A stretch of DNA of 55,234 bases, filler included, from Sphacelaria rigidula (taxonomy: Eukaryota): assembly GCA_964200075.2 (NCBI GenBank). It is 6 parts of 6 records of this genome, joined end to end, with 100 filler letters (N's around TTAATTAATTAA, not from the genome) between each part and the next. Parts side by side here need not be neighbours in the genome. Positions count along the whole stretch, not along the records: positions 18,447 to 27,569 come from CAXNAA020009247.1; positions 27,670 to 36,791 come from CAXNAA020009248.1; positions 36,892 to 46,013 come from CAXNAA020009249.1; 3 more parts are not named here. One strand, 5' to 3'. The position numbers and the translations under genes are program-made. This document shows positions 26,601 to 37,259 of this stretch, one piece after another (within the stretch, counting starts at the first letter, position 1; every line of letters starts with the position of its first letter). The notes under the pieces were generated by a model. That model saw nothing but the letters and a program-made list of their open reading frames with translations. It was not told the DNA's origin and made no database searches.

Positions 26601-27199
26601 AGGTATTGGCGGGCAAAATGGGGATGTATTTCGAACAGATTTTGGTGTACAAATTCCATTCGCGAGTGTATATGGGATTTGTACACCAAAAGCTATTCGA
26701 AATGAAAATTCTTCTTGCCCGATTCTGAATTCGGAACTAGGATTTATTTCGAACAGCAGAGGCTGTACGAATTCCATATTCCCATAGCACCTATTCCTTT
26801 AAAAATCCAGGGGATTTCAATATTGACACAGATCTTCGAGACCCAAAATTCGCAATCCTCTAGAAGATTGTGAATACCCAAGATCCTCTAGAGGGGATTT
26901 CAAAACGGACAGAACCGAGGATGACGTTTGAAAAATCCTCTACAAGGTAGCCGAATGGCCGCGTGTGTAGCACTGTGTGCTTGCAGCTACGCGTCGATAT
27001 CCTACTGACGGATTTCAAAGGCCTCAGTGGCAAGATCCTGCAGAAGGTGTGTCGGACCTCGTGAAGGGGCATATTGGAACTATATAATAGAACATTTCAT
27101 TCATTAACTCTGACCGCTTCTCACTTTTCAATCGTACTCTAGACTCTCAATTTAACGAAAACACTGCTGTTTTGGGGTTGAACCCTTGGATCGCGGTGC

Positions 27200-27569
27200 G
27201 GGTAGTCCATCTGGATGACGCATAATTTTTTCAAGTGAATGTTGATGCTGATTCAGCAGGTAACCTGCCCTCGCGGTCAAATGGTTTATCTCGTTTTAGT
27301 CTTCAACCAATCTCATCTACGGAAATAATATGCTGTTCGACCTGTGCTGTATGTGCGCTGCGGGTTATAGTTAACAGCCGATTTTAAATTTTGGGGTTCA
27401 ACACTAAAATGGGGCTGAAGTCGCATTTTTCTCTTGCAGGGAAGATACGACGCGAAAGTATCTTCCCCCCAAACTCTGCAGGAGGACTTGACCGTCAGAC
27501 CGCGAGAGTAGGTCACCTGCTGAATCGGCATCAATATTCACTTGGAAAAAGCACACGCGTGGTCCAGAT
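27200..27569. mobile_element. MITE/foldback with ~75-bp TIRs (right end cut by contig end); related fragment at ~33024-33105
   Basis: TTCAAGTGAATGTTGATGCTGATTCAGCAGGTAACCTGCCCTCGCGGTC is inverted relative to GACCGCGAGAGTAGGTCACCTGCTGAATCGGCATCAATATTCACTTGGAA. Confidence 0.7.
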
Positions 27570-27929
27570 NNNNNNNNNNNNNNNNNNNNNNNNNNNNNNN
27601 NNNNNNNNNNNNNTTAATTAATTAANNNNNNNNNNNNNNNNNNNNNNNNNNNNNNNNNNNNNNNNNNNNGGAAGACTACGTATTTTGAATGAAATTGGGG
27701 CTCGGTTTTTTTTTTTTCAGCATTTGTTTTTCGCGGAGAGGTCGGCAAAAGTTAGAAAAAAAAAAACGGAGAAGTAAAAAAGAGAATCTGAATGAAAATG
27801 CTTCGTAAAAAAGACCCTCCAGAAGAACCGGAGTCACATCGTACGACCCCAGTGAAGCGATGTTCACATTGTCATGCCTTTCGTTTTTATCCTGACAAGA
27901 AAAAATAATGAAATTTGTGAGGTTGTGAT

Positions 27930-28269
27930 GCCGGTCGCCCCGGTGACTCAGTTGGTAGTTGCGAAACCTCTTGGCGGTTGGGTCGTGAGTTCGAAACCCG
28001 GAGAGATATGTTTTTTTTTTTTTCATGCCCAACAGTGGAGTATGACTATGTCGTGGGTACACAAAATGCGACTTGATGGTTGACGAGGGAAAGGAACTGC
28101 TGAACCCCTTTCGCGATAGAAAATGAAGGCAAGCATCGCAGAAGCACGGTGGAGTATTGAAACACAACGAAAAATATAAGCTCCTGTGTAGGCCTTCCTC
28201 CTGTGTGACCCCGGCTGGTGCGCCCACATATACCGAAAGATGTAGACCGGCATCCAGAATAGATGGGAC

Positions 28270-28300
<31 letters not shown>
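27930..28300 (+). mobile_element. tRNA-derived SINE family A, apparently full length
   Basis: The head GCCGGTCGCCCCGGTGACTCAGTTGGTAG...GGGTCGTGAGTTCGAAACC has Pol III A- and B-boxes. It is followed by a conserved body (ATGTCGTGGGTACACAA; GTGACCCCGGCTG) and a (GCA)n tail. Confidence 0.8.
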
Positions 28301-28303
<3 letters not shown>

Positions 28304-28555
28304 TGTTGTGTAGGCGCGGGTATCTTCGGGAGGGTATGAACTTTATCTGCCGTCGGGTACGGGTCATGCCCAGGGAAATACACCGGGTATGCAAAACAAT
28401 CGCACCATACAGTACAACATGAAAATTGAAATATTCCAAATCATGCTTCGATACATTATTGTGGTGTTTGCACATGATTCGATTTTGGTTCCAGGGTTGG
28501 TCTAACTTTTCCCCCTTGGATTCCCCTGAGGACGGTTGAAGCGCAAAAAAAATCA

Positions 28556-28953
28556 CAAAGTTCATGTCCTGTAGGGTACGGGTATTTTTAGTAGGGTACT
28601 TACTGTATATGAGATTTCCCTACATAACTTACAGAACTGTCGCATACCGGTATGCAGGGCTAAAATAAGTTACAGAACCTCTCGGGTACGGAAATGAAGG
28701 TTGTACAGAAACCCTTACCCGCAACCAGGCATTTCTACAAGGGTATACCCATGCCCCGACTACAGGTAGAAAGAATTATTCAGATCTCACAGAAGTATCG
28801 GGTACCGGTGTGAGAGGCATACACAACTTCCAGAACTGTCGGGTACGCGTATGGGAAGCTCACAGAACCCACAGAACCGTCGGATACGGGCAATACTCGG
28901 GTATATATCCCGGGTATTGAAAAAATCATATCCTATAGAACACCACAACCTTG
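28556..28953. mobile_element. MITE with internal ACAGAA...GGGTAC subrepeats (same family as 53895-54433)
   Basis: Repeated CTCACAGAA/CTGTCGGGTAC units. Its end ACCACAACCTTG resembles the TIR of the 53895-54433 copy. Confidence 0.65.
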
Positions 28954-29319
28954 GAGACTTTCATGTGGGACTAAAGTGAGGCCGACATTGTATACAATAT
29001 AATATTGTAACTGACTGGTATTACGTCAAACGCAGCTTTGAATCGTTCCGAGGTTCGTTCGACCCGGTACTAAAATAGTTGCCGTACTATAATACATACA
29101 ATTTCGACGTCAGTTCATTCCCGTAGAGAATCTCGTTTCCCCCTTTTCTCCCCCCGAGATCCCATATTCATTACGAACGTGTGTGTATGTTTGTACCCCC
29201 TTTTTTTGACTCAATGAGCGGGACGACTGGCTGACTGACTGACTGGCTGACTCTTCGCTATTTTTACCATATCCGTTTGTGTGTGTGCGTGTGTGTGTTT
29301 TGTCGTTGTTTAAAAAAAG

Positions 29320-29534
29320 TTGAGATTCCACACGAGGCGCCTGCCGACCCCACCGAACTCCCGTTTCAGATCAGCCACGAGACCATCGAGTACGGCCGCA
29401 CACGGCCGTACGGAGGCAGGCGACGGAGGCTGAGGCCGTTTAGGGTGACGGGAAGGCTTCACGATGCCGTCATTTCTACGACTCAGCCGCTCACGGGGGA
29501 GGTTGTCGTCGAGGAGTCTGAGTGCCCTGTGAAG
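29320..29534 (+). CDS. VPS26C: Vacuolar protein sorting 26C (DSCR3, Retriever subunit), internal exon; upstream exons lie outside this contig
   Basis: EIPHEAPADPTELPFQISHETIE...FRVTGRLHDAVISTTQPLTGEVVVEESECPVK matches the DSCR3 motif F-x-I-T-P-E...G-x-L...TQPLTGE-x-VVE. Donor AAG|GT at 29534/29535, phase 0. The acceptor is 29320 (AAG) or 29325 (GAG). Confidence 0.85.
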
Positions 29535-29689
29535 GTTGGTCAAGAAGTTTGTCTTGTGTGTATGTGCGATTGGTCGGTTGGCTTGATTGATTGTCGCCAT
29601 GCCATATGCCATGTCGTGTCAAGTGTCAAGTGTCCTGCGTACGAAACAGGTCGTGGTCTTCACAGAAATACAAGAAAAATAACTCATCA

Positions 29690-29810
29690 GAATAAAGCTG
29701 AGGGGGATACCATGTTTGATGGAGGGGGAAAATAAAATTTCGTCACACTCTGATCCTGGGATATTTGCACTCGGAAATGACAAAAAAAAACTGTTTTCCG
29801 AAACTCTCCA
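29690..29810 (+). repeat. Dispersed MITE-derived repeat shared with 45511-45707
   Basis: GGATACCA...TGATCCTGG(G/A)ATATTTGCACTC(G/T)GAAATGACAAAAAA...TTTTCCGAAAC is present in both. Confidence 0.7.
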
Positions 29811-30044
29811 ATAAATGTGGCCATTTTCTTCGTAAGAGTTTCGGGGCTGGTTTGTGAGGGGCGGGGGCGGGCATTGCTATTCGGTTTCATGTGCTGTACA
29901 TTTTTTCATGTCCATTTCTTTAATAGTGTGCATCCAGACTCGTGTGTGTACGCGTGAGAGGATGTTTGGACATGGGTATGGCTTACAGTAATTTGGTGTT
30001 TCTCGTGCACACGGTAACTAGGAGTACCCGCAGTCGGAAGACTG

Positions 30045-30233
30045 CACAGCCCGGATAATGACAATGTATGGTCAAAAGATGCAATGCATACAAAGAATGT
30101 ATAGCATAGAGTATAGAGCTATTGCAGCTATTGACGGCCGACAATGGTTGCAATAGGTCCACAGTATACTTTACCCAGTACACCTCTTGTCTGTTGCATC
30201 TATTGACCATATGTTGTCGTTATCCAGGATGTG
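30045..30233. mobile_element. hAT-type MITE (CACA TIR), 8-bp TSD GAAGACTG, in a VPS26C intron
   Basis: TIRs CACAGCCCGGATAATGACA / TGTCGTTATCCAGGATGTG (16 of 19 positions match). TSD at 30037-30044 and 30234-30241. Confidence 0.85.
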
Positions 30234-30242
30234 GAAGACTGG

Positions 30243-30380
30243 CACACCCTGAACAAAAGATTCTCTTGTAAAAAAATGTACTGCGTACAGTATTGAATCT
30301 ATTGTCTATTGCAATAGGCGCAATAGTCAATACTGTACGCACGGCACTTTTTGACTGTGTATTCTGTTGTCCAGGGTGTG
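30243..30380. mobile_element. Second hAT-type MITE (CACA TIR), 8-bp TSD AAGACTGG
   Basis: TIRs CACACCCTGAACAA / TTGTCCAGGGTGTG. TSD at 30235-30242 and 30381-30388. Confidence 0.85.
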
Positions 30381-30979
30381 AAGACTGGCAAAGAAGTGAT
30401 GGTATTTATTTCGAAATGTGAGGAGAAGGATCACAGTGAAGAGATGAACTGGTCGAGCTATTATTATAGCTGCCTTAGAGCTAGTGCTCTGTTCGTTTTC
30501 ATCAGTTTTTTTCCCCCCGTCTTTTGTTTCAAATCGTGAGCCGAAAACCGTACGACTGCAAAAAATAGTAGGCTGAGATTTCCAGAAAAATGAAAGGAAG
30601 TGTTGAGGCTCAGCGACGAGCGCTACACCAAGTCCAATGCAGCGGACCATGATGAACCTTTGCGTCAGATAAAAAGCTGAGGCTGAGTCTGATTCTCAGT
30701 TCTTCATCAGCAGGGCTTCTACTGTAGTGTAGTGCAATACACGAGACGGTTTTGTTCAGTGTAACCTGTACTGGTTGGGTACCGCGGCAGGATGGACCGA
30801 CGACTTAGGCTGTTGTTTCCATTGTGCCTACTTTATGAACCAGCAGCGCCTGCCTCCGCGTTAGCTGCACACGACGAAGCACTCGACCGATGACTGGCTT
30901 GCCCGCCGCGATGTGTTTTTTCAGAGGATGGCTTCAATTGGGGTGTTCTCCTTCTCTTGATTTCGTCATTCAGGTATTC

Positions 30980-31272
30980 GCCGGTCACCCCGGTGGCTCA
31001 GTTGGTAACCTCGAAGCCTTCTGACGGTTGGGTCGTGGGTTCAAATCTCGGAGTGATGTGGGATTTTTTCGCACACCATGCCCAACGGTGGAGAGCGACC
31101 ATGTCGTGGGTACACAAAATTCGAATCAACGGTCGACGAGGGGAAGGGACTGCTGAACCCCCCCTCTCGCGATAAAAAATAAAGGCAAGCACCGCAGAAG
31201 GAAAGGGTAGTACTAAAAAAAAAACCTCCTGTGTTGACTTTCCTCCTGTGTGGCGCCGGCTGATGCGCCCAT
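30980..31272 (+). mobile_element. tRNA-derived SINE family A copy (3' truncated)
   Basis: GCCGGTCACCCCGGTGGCTCAGTTGGTAA...GGGTCGTGGGTTCAAATC head plus the shared body. Confidence 0.8.
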
Positions 31273-31280
31273 TTAAACTA

Positions 31281-31560
31281 CCGCCGCACCCCGGTGGTGT
31301 AATGGTCCGACTGTCGCCATTAGGGTGGAGAGAACGGGGGTTCGAGTCCCGATGCGTTGTGGTTTTTTCTTCGTCATGCATGATTTTCACCGTGGAAAGC
31401 GTGAGAACGTGAGTAAAAAAAGNNNNNNNNNNGGAGTGCTGACCCAATCCGCGAGACCAAAGTGAAAGGCGCGTACCGGGGGAGAGATGGGTTGATCCCT
31501 CGCGACCACGGACTCATCCCGAGAAAGGGGAGGCGTTCAAAGTGTGAGGAACAAAAAAAA
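31281..31560 (+). mobile_element. Second tRNA-like element (putative SINE family B)
   Basis: CCCCGGTGGTGTAATGGT (A-box) ... GGGTTCGAGTCCC (B-box), then an unrelated body containing a small N gap. Single copy in the window; the 3' boundary is uncertain. Confidence 0.5.
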
Positions 31561-32360
31561 AATGTACGGCAATCCCCGATCTCAACAAAAATCTTGAAAA
31601 ACCCGCAAGTTTTTGTTAATTTTTTTATAAGAATCTCGTTGGGGGTATATGTACTACATCTAAATAGTACCCACACCATCACGACCAAAATAGCGGCAGC
31701 AGCAGCAACAGCATGAACAACAACAGGAAGAACAACAACGTTACGCCTCGGTATGACTGACCGGACCAGAGCCCGCCTAAAAAAACAAACGTACCGCCGT
31801 GATTACACCTGGGAGGGAAGAGACACCACCATCAACTGGGGATGGGTCGAATCGTGGGATTTATTCACGTCCCGGGACCAACAAGTCAAGGACGGAAGCA
31901 GCTGGTGACAGCCTTCAGAAGTACGGTTTCATGGACCTGCGTACGTCCCTTACGGTAATAGTCAGTTTCATGATGACTCTTCCTCAGCTGTATGACATCT
32001 ACGACAGTAACAGCATACTTGTGTACAGTGGAAAATGGCACAGCGAACAGCAGGCTGTTTATACAACACACAACACGCAACACACGATAACAATGGATCA
32101 TGGCAATAACAGGACATTCCCCCCCCCCCCCCCCCCCCCCCCCCGCCCCCGCGCGTGTGCTTTCCCCCCCCCCCCCCCCCGCGGGGGCCGGGGGGGAGCC
32201 GTGGGACCGCGGGTGACGGNNNNNNNNNNAAAGCAGGCTTTTTATAAAAACCAAAACACCCAAAAACCGATAAAAAAGGGTCATGGCAATAACAGGACAT
32301 TCCCCCCCCCCCCCCCCTCGGCATCGCTGCTATGGTGTTTTCTCTCGGCTCGATCGACAG

Positions 32361-32402
32361 TCGTTGGAGGTTCAGCTAGTACGAGTCGAAACCGTGGAAC
32401 AG
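32361..32402 (+). CDS. VPS26C: VPS26C penultimate exon (42 nt)
   Basis: CGACAG|TCG...CAG|GTGAGA encodes SLEVQLVRVETVEQ, matching DSCR3 S-x-E-x-QLVRVET. Phase 0 on both sides. Confidence 0.9.
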
Positions 32403-32435
32403 GTGAGAAAGCTTCACCCGAGGCAGGAAAAAAAT

Positions 32436-32635
32436 CACAACCTGGATAATGACTATATGGTCGGTAGATTTAATAGACCAAAACTGTACTGAATTAAGTA
32501 TGGGGCTATTGCAACTATTGTCGAGATCGACAATGATTGCACTATCGACAATAGTTGCAATACACCTATACTTAATCGGGTACATTTTTGGTCTTTTGAA
32601 TCTATAGACCATACATTTTCATTGTCCATGGTGTG
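32436..32635. mobile_element. Third CACA-TIR hAT-type MITE (near-complete foldback) in the last VPS26C intron
   Basis: CACAACCTGGATAATGA ... TCATTGTCCATGGTGTG with palindromic body (CTATTGCAACTATTGTCGA / TCGACAATAGTTGCAATA). Flanked by A-run+T on both sides. Confidence 0.75.
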
Positions 32636-33281
32636 AAAAAAAAATCTTGATACCGTTGCCAGAAGTTGTTGACGTCCACCGCAGCGAGTGCTCTCTGAAC
32701 GTGTGTGTGTCTGCGCAGCAGCAACCACAGCGGCACTCAGCAGATGGACTGACTTCCTGCATGGACATTCACGTGCGGAACGATCGAGAGTTCTTGGAAG
32801 GAATCCAAATAGATAGACCCTGTGGTCGAGACCGTAAAATTGAGTGAAACCACGTTTTTTTTTTTTTTGCTTCCTGTCTCTGTTCGCTCGATCTAGCACC
32901 GGCTTTTGAGCTGTCACTGTCATCGCAGCTACTTGACCAGTCACACGGAGCAACTCACCATTTTTTGGTTTTTGGTTTTCTTTTGTCAAATAATTTTTGG
33001 AGCCTCATTCATCCCTTGCTTGGCCGCGAGGGTAGTCCATTTGGATCATCGCGCGTGCTTTTTTCAAGCGAAATCGGGGCCGATTCAACAGATGACGGAC
33101 TCTCGCTGCCAAGGAGGTGATACAGGCCATGAGCATGAAACATTCGGCAGACACCTCGCCTCTCCCTCCCCTCCTTTCTCGTGTCCCATCTTTCTCGCCA
33201 CATATATATTTATAAACGATTGGCAAAACACGCAACATCTCGCGAAATGGAAACGGGTGTTCTCTGCGTGGGGGAGTGCAG

Positions 33282-33506
33282 CCGGAGGGTCAACTGAGGG
33301 AGGCCACAGAGATCCAGAACTTACAGATAGGGGATGGGGATGTGTGTCGGGGCTTGGCCATTCCCATCTACATGGTGTTGCCCCGGCTGTTTTCTTGCCC
33401 AACCATGGTGACGCCGAGGTTTCGGGTGGAATTTGAGTTGAACATCATCGTCTGTTTCGCGGAGTCTGAAACGGCGACCCAAAACTTTCAAATTCTGCTG
33501 GTATGA
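33282..33506 (+). CDS. VPS26C: VPS26C terminal exon
   Basis: TGCAG|CCG... encodes PEGQLREATEIQNLQIGDGDVCRGLAIPIYMVLPRLFSCPTMVTPRFRVEFELNIIVCF...NFQILLV*, the hallmark DSCR3 C-terminus (ATEIQNIQIADGDVCR...PIYMVFPRLFTCPT). Confidence 0.92.
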   Translation, partial: PEGQLREATEIQNLQIGDGDVCRGLAIPIYMVLPRLFSCPTMVTPRFRVEFELNIIVCFAESETATQNFQILLV

Positions 33507-33527
33507 TGACTTGATATCTATTTATTG

Positions 33528-33534
33528 GTGATGG

Positions 33535-33568
<34 letters not shown>
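33528..33568 (+). repeat. (GAT)n microsatellite just after the VPS26C stop codon
   Basis: Directly visible. Confidence 0.9.
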
Positions 33569-33569
<1 letters not shown>

Positions 33570-34003
33570 GATAAAGGTGATGATCGATGGAGTAAATGAA
33601 TGTCGCAAGAATTGTATCCTGCAGGGTATGTATGTAGCGGAAGTGGGGGATTTTCAGTAGTAGTGTTTACCGCGTGGTCGATTAGAACCTTCCCGGAACT
33701 TTATTACTTGATTTGAGTGTAAACACCGATATTCGGATCTTTAGCGGGGCTGACAGCCCCAACCGCCCCTCGCGTGCGCAGAAGGCGTTTTCGTCAAAAT
33801 CGGCGCCTGCGGCACCGTTTTGAGGTCTCCCAACGCCACCCTTTGCGTAGGGAACACTTCACCCCCCCCTCGCCCGAGGGTTCTCGGTATGCCTTGGGTT
33901 GAGGTTGAGGTTTCAGAGTTGGCGTTCTTTCAAAAAAGCTATTCCCGAGAAATTTCTTCAACGACCAAGTCGTGAACACACCTCGGGCTTCTTGGCCCGC
34001 ATA

Positions 34004-34385
34004 GCCGGTCGCCCCGGTGGCTCACTTGGTACCATCGACACCTTTTGACGGTTGGGTCGTGGGTTCGAATCTCGGTGCAGTCACACGATCTGGGATTTTT
34101 TTCTCATATCATGCCCAACGGTCGAGGGCGACAATGTCGTGGGTACACAAGATTAGACATGACCATCGGCGACGGAAAGGAACAGGTGAACCCCCTCTCG
34201 CGATTAAAAAATAATATGAGGCAAACACCGTAGAAGGAAGGTGGGGTACTAAAACAAGATGAGCAAGTAAGAAACTCCTGTGTTGGCCTTTCTCCTGCGT
34301 GGCCCCGGCTGAATCGCACACATATACCGGAAGGTCTAGAATGGCGTCCAGAATAGATGAGATGACAACACACAACACTCACACA
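34004..34385 (+). mobile_element. tRNA-derived SINE family A copy
   Basis: GCCGGTCGCCCCGGTGGCTCACTTGGTA...GGGTCGTGGGTTCGAATC head, shared body and CA-rich tail. Confidence 0.8.
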
Positions 34386-34425
34386 CGCGCGCGCGCGCAG
34401 CACTCAAACCGAGCTACACCGAAAT

Positions 34426-34680
34426 GACACTTATTTCACGATAGCCCTCAACCTCGAAACCAGCCCAAACGTGTCACGAGAAAAATGGTCATACAGCGCC
34501 TGATGTTTGGGTTCAGGCTGTATGAAGGGCCTCATATTGGCGACATTGGTGAGAACGAACCCAAGCGTGGGGACTCTCAGCTGCTCGTTGTGCTCGGCTC
34601 TTTCCATTTCGATTTACGTGAAGATTTTCCCTCCCTAAAACATGCACTCTTTTGGGGGGGGGGCTATCGTAGAAAGTGTC
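34426..34680 (-). mobile_element. MITE, GACAC-TIR family
   Basis: GACACTTATTTCACGATAGCCC ... GGGCTATCGTAGAAAGTGTC. The body is the reverse complement of 18114-18346 and 44516-44760. Confidence 0.8.
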
Positions 34681-36353
34681 GAGTGTGCACCGAATATTCA
34701 GAAATAGTTCGACGGAGTTTCGAGGCCTGTTCCGAACACTTTATTATTGTTGGGAAGGATATATTTGCCTATGAAGGTACCGAGGGATGCTGCGGTAGGG
34801 GTGCACAAGAGTCATGCTACGATCGGGGTGGGGGCTTTTTGGGCCGTTTTTCTTCCACGAAATTCCACTTCAATCGCCATTGAAAGCAGCCGATAGTTGC
34901 TCGAACGCGCTTTCTTCCGATAAATAACAACGCTCTTCCATACTGCTTTACACCACTTTTTCCAATTTTCCAATTGGTTGTTGTTTCAGGCTATTCCAGA
35001 TTCGGCATTGGATTTCTGTGACAGAAGAACAAGCAGAACGTTTTGAGAACATTAAAAGAAATAAGGAGAACTTTTCAAGAAGTGCTCAAAACATGACCCC
35101 GTTTTCTAGAGTACAGGGTAGTACACTGAACACAAGACAATTCTGCAGTGGTATATGGAGTGCAGAGTACTACACTGAACACAACACAACACTGCAGTTC
35201 TGCAGTGTTTTTTACTCTTAGAACCTGATTACGGACTACTCCAAGTCCTGACCCGGATTTGTTCTTCGCAAACACCGTCACTACTGTACTCTCTGTGCTT
35301 GCAGAGTACAGCCTGTACTCGGACAGGGGAGATGAACAGCACGCTATCACTTGTGGATAGATACACTGCAGTAGCTGGGTATGCTTTGTTATTTTTTGTT
35401 GGCGAAAACTTGCACGTCTTCTCTCATGGTGGGCATCAGCGACAGAACTGCGTGGTACGGTGGGCAACCGAGTTGCGTGCACGCTCATGGATATTGCAGT
35501 CTGTACAAAGCTGCACGGTACTGAAGTCCTCTTAAAGTCGCATTGTAAGCAGGGGGATCTGATAGTCCTGGGCTGTCTGCACTGCATGTTGCCCGCTTCT
35601 TCTTCATATCCTCCTGAACGAAACACGCACACACGCACTCAAGACACCCTGCTTGCAAGCGGTGCAGACGGTACAGACTGTGTGTATTGTACACGAGTGA
35701 CCATGTGCCGTGTCACGAATTTCAGGCACAGGACCCATACATGGGGATAATTTTGTAGTAAATTAAATTATTTGCGCGAAGGGCGATCATGTCCGAGCGT
35801 TCAAGATCGGCACCCTGCAAAAACTGAGGGCCCGTTTGAAATCAGCCGAAGAACTAAAACATGGGACATGTCTTGTCTCACTGTACTGCAGCACAAACAC
35901 ACTCACTTCCGCTCTCATGTACTGTAGCTATCACTGTTCTGGGGGATGTTTAGACCTTTCGAAGACGGTTTGATCTCCGCTGAGATTGCTTGATGTGCTG
36001 TATTCTTGAGTTCTTCTCTCTGTAAGATATGATATCAGTCAGTCTGAACCCAACTGCATCAAAGCGAGATTGTTTCGCTCAGATCGATTCCACCGCTCCA
36101 TTTTTTCGACCGAAAAGACAGGCCCTAATCGCCAGTCCCAAGTCCTACAGTATCGACAAGCAGTTTTGTACAAATTGGAACCCAGATCTGCGCGCAGGTT
36201 GAAAACTGCGGCGGGTCTGGAAGTGGTCGTTAGCCCAAGCAGCTCCAAGGTCTGTGTAATGCTGAAGACAAGACACAAGAAGGCAACACCACACCTACAC
36301 ACCAAACCCCGAGAAACACGCACAGACACCCACCACTCACGCGTATTGGTTTC

Positions 36354-36648
36354 ACTGTGCTAGCCCTTGCTAATCTACACACAACAGTCTCTCTTTGACA
36401 GCAAATCGAGCCGTAGCTGCTCATCAGCTGTGCACGTTCTGCGTGACCTTGCTCACATCCGTTCGGAATTCATTGAGAAATAAATGATGATTTGTGTGAG
36501 ACGCGCGTCAGAAAACCCTTGCAAAACGATCAGCAACGACGCGTTTTCGGTTGTTCTTGAAACGCCTGCAGCCGCCATTCGTCCAATACAGGACGGATTT
36601 CTGTCAAACAAAGACTGCCGTGTGTAGATCAGCAAGGGCTAGCACAGT
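36354..36648. mobile_element. MITE with ~55-bp TIRs
   Basis: ACTGTGCTAGCCCTTGCTAATCTACACACAACAGTCT... is inverted relative to ...AGACTGCCGTGTGTAGATCAGCAAGGGCTAGCACAGT. Confidence 0.75.
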
Positions 36649-36944
36649 TATGGGCGCGCCTGACCCTCCAAACTGGGCAAAAAAAGTGTCACCGACCAAA
36701 AGCACGAAAAGACACGAACAGATCGACTTTTGGGGCTTATTCAGGCTCGTCGGGTAAAATATGCCTAACGTCATCGGAAGAGAACGAGATCNNNNNNNNN
36801 NNNNNNNNNNNNNNNNNNNNNNNNNNNNNNNNNNNTTAATTAATTAANNNNNNNNNNNNNNNNNNNNNNNNNNNNNNNNNNNNNNNNNNNNTGAGCCTCA
36901 TCTCGAAGTTAAACCTCAATTCGCACAATTTGTTGTTAATATTG

Positions 36945-37250
36945 TGGTAAAAGCTTATTATCGCTGACAAATACCCTCGCACTGTCCCCCTCTGATTGTT
37001 GTGGGTAAAAAGCCGCCACGCAATAAATACAGTGATATCGATTACCGCGCTAGCCTCGCCGTCGATCTTTGACATATATACGGGCTTTTCTCGGCGGGTC
37101 CTCCACTCGGACCACGCTTCGAACTTTTCTCGTACTCGCTTCTTGTGCTGGCGTTAATTGACGCGTAGGCCAGTAGTTCTACTAGCTTTGCAACGCCCTT
37201 CTCGTCTCTGGCGGGGTCTCACGTTTGTCCTGCAATGGTGTCACGAGTTC
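36945..37250 (-). pseudogene. N-terminal (core-binding) part of the tyrosine recombinase of the DIRS-like element
   Basis: LLAYASINASTRSEYEK / FEAWSEWRTRREKPVY...ITVFIAWRLFTHNNQRGTVRGYLSAI matches the S-T-x-x-x-Y...W...F...T-V-x-x-YLSAI pattern. The catalytic domain is missing (truncated near the contig end). Confidence 0.7.
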
Positions 37251-37259
37251 AGCGCGGGT

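Noticed and set aside
27930..28005. Functional tRNA genes at the SINE heads (also 30980, 31281, 34004, 14180)
   Set aside because: Acceptor stems do not close, anticodons differ among copies, and the family A heads continue into a shared non-tRNA body.
32096..32320. Direct repeat CATGGCAATAACAGGACATTCCCCC flanking poly-C/G sequence
   Set aside because: It straddles an N gap with low-quality homopolymer sequence and is probably a scaffolding duplication.
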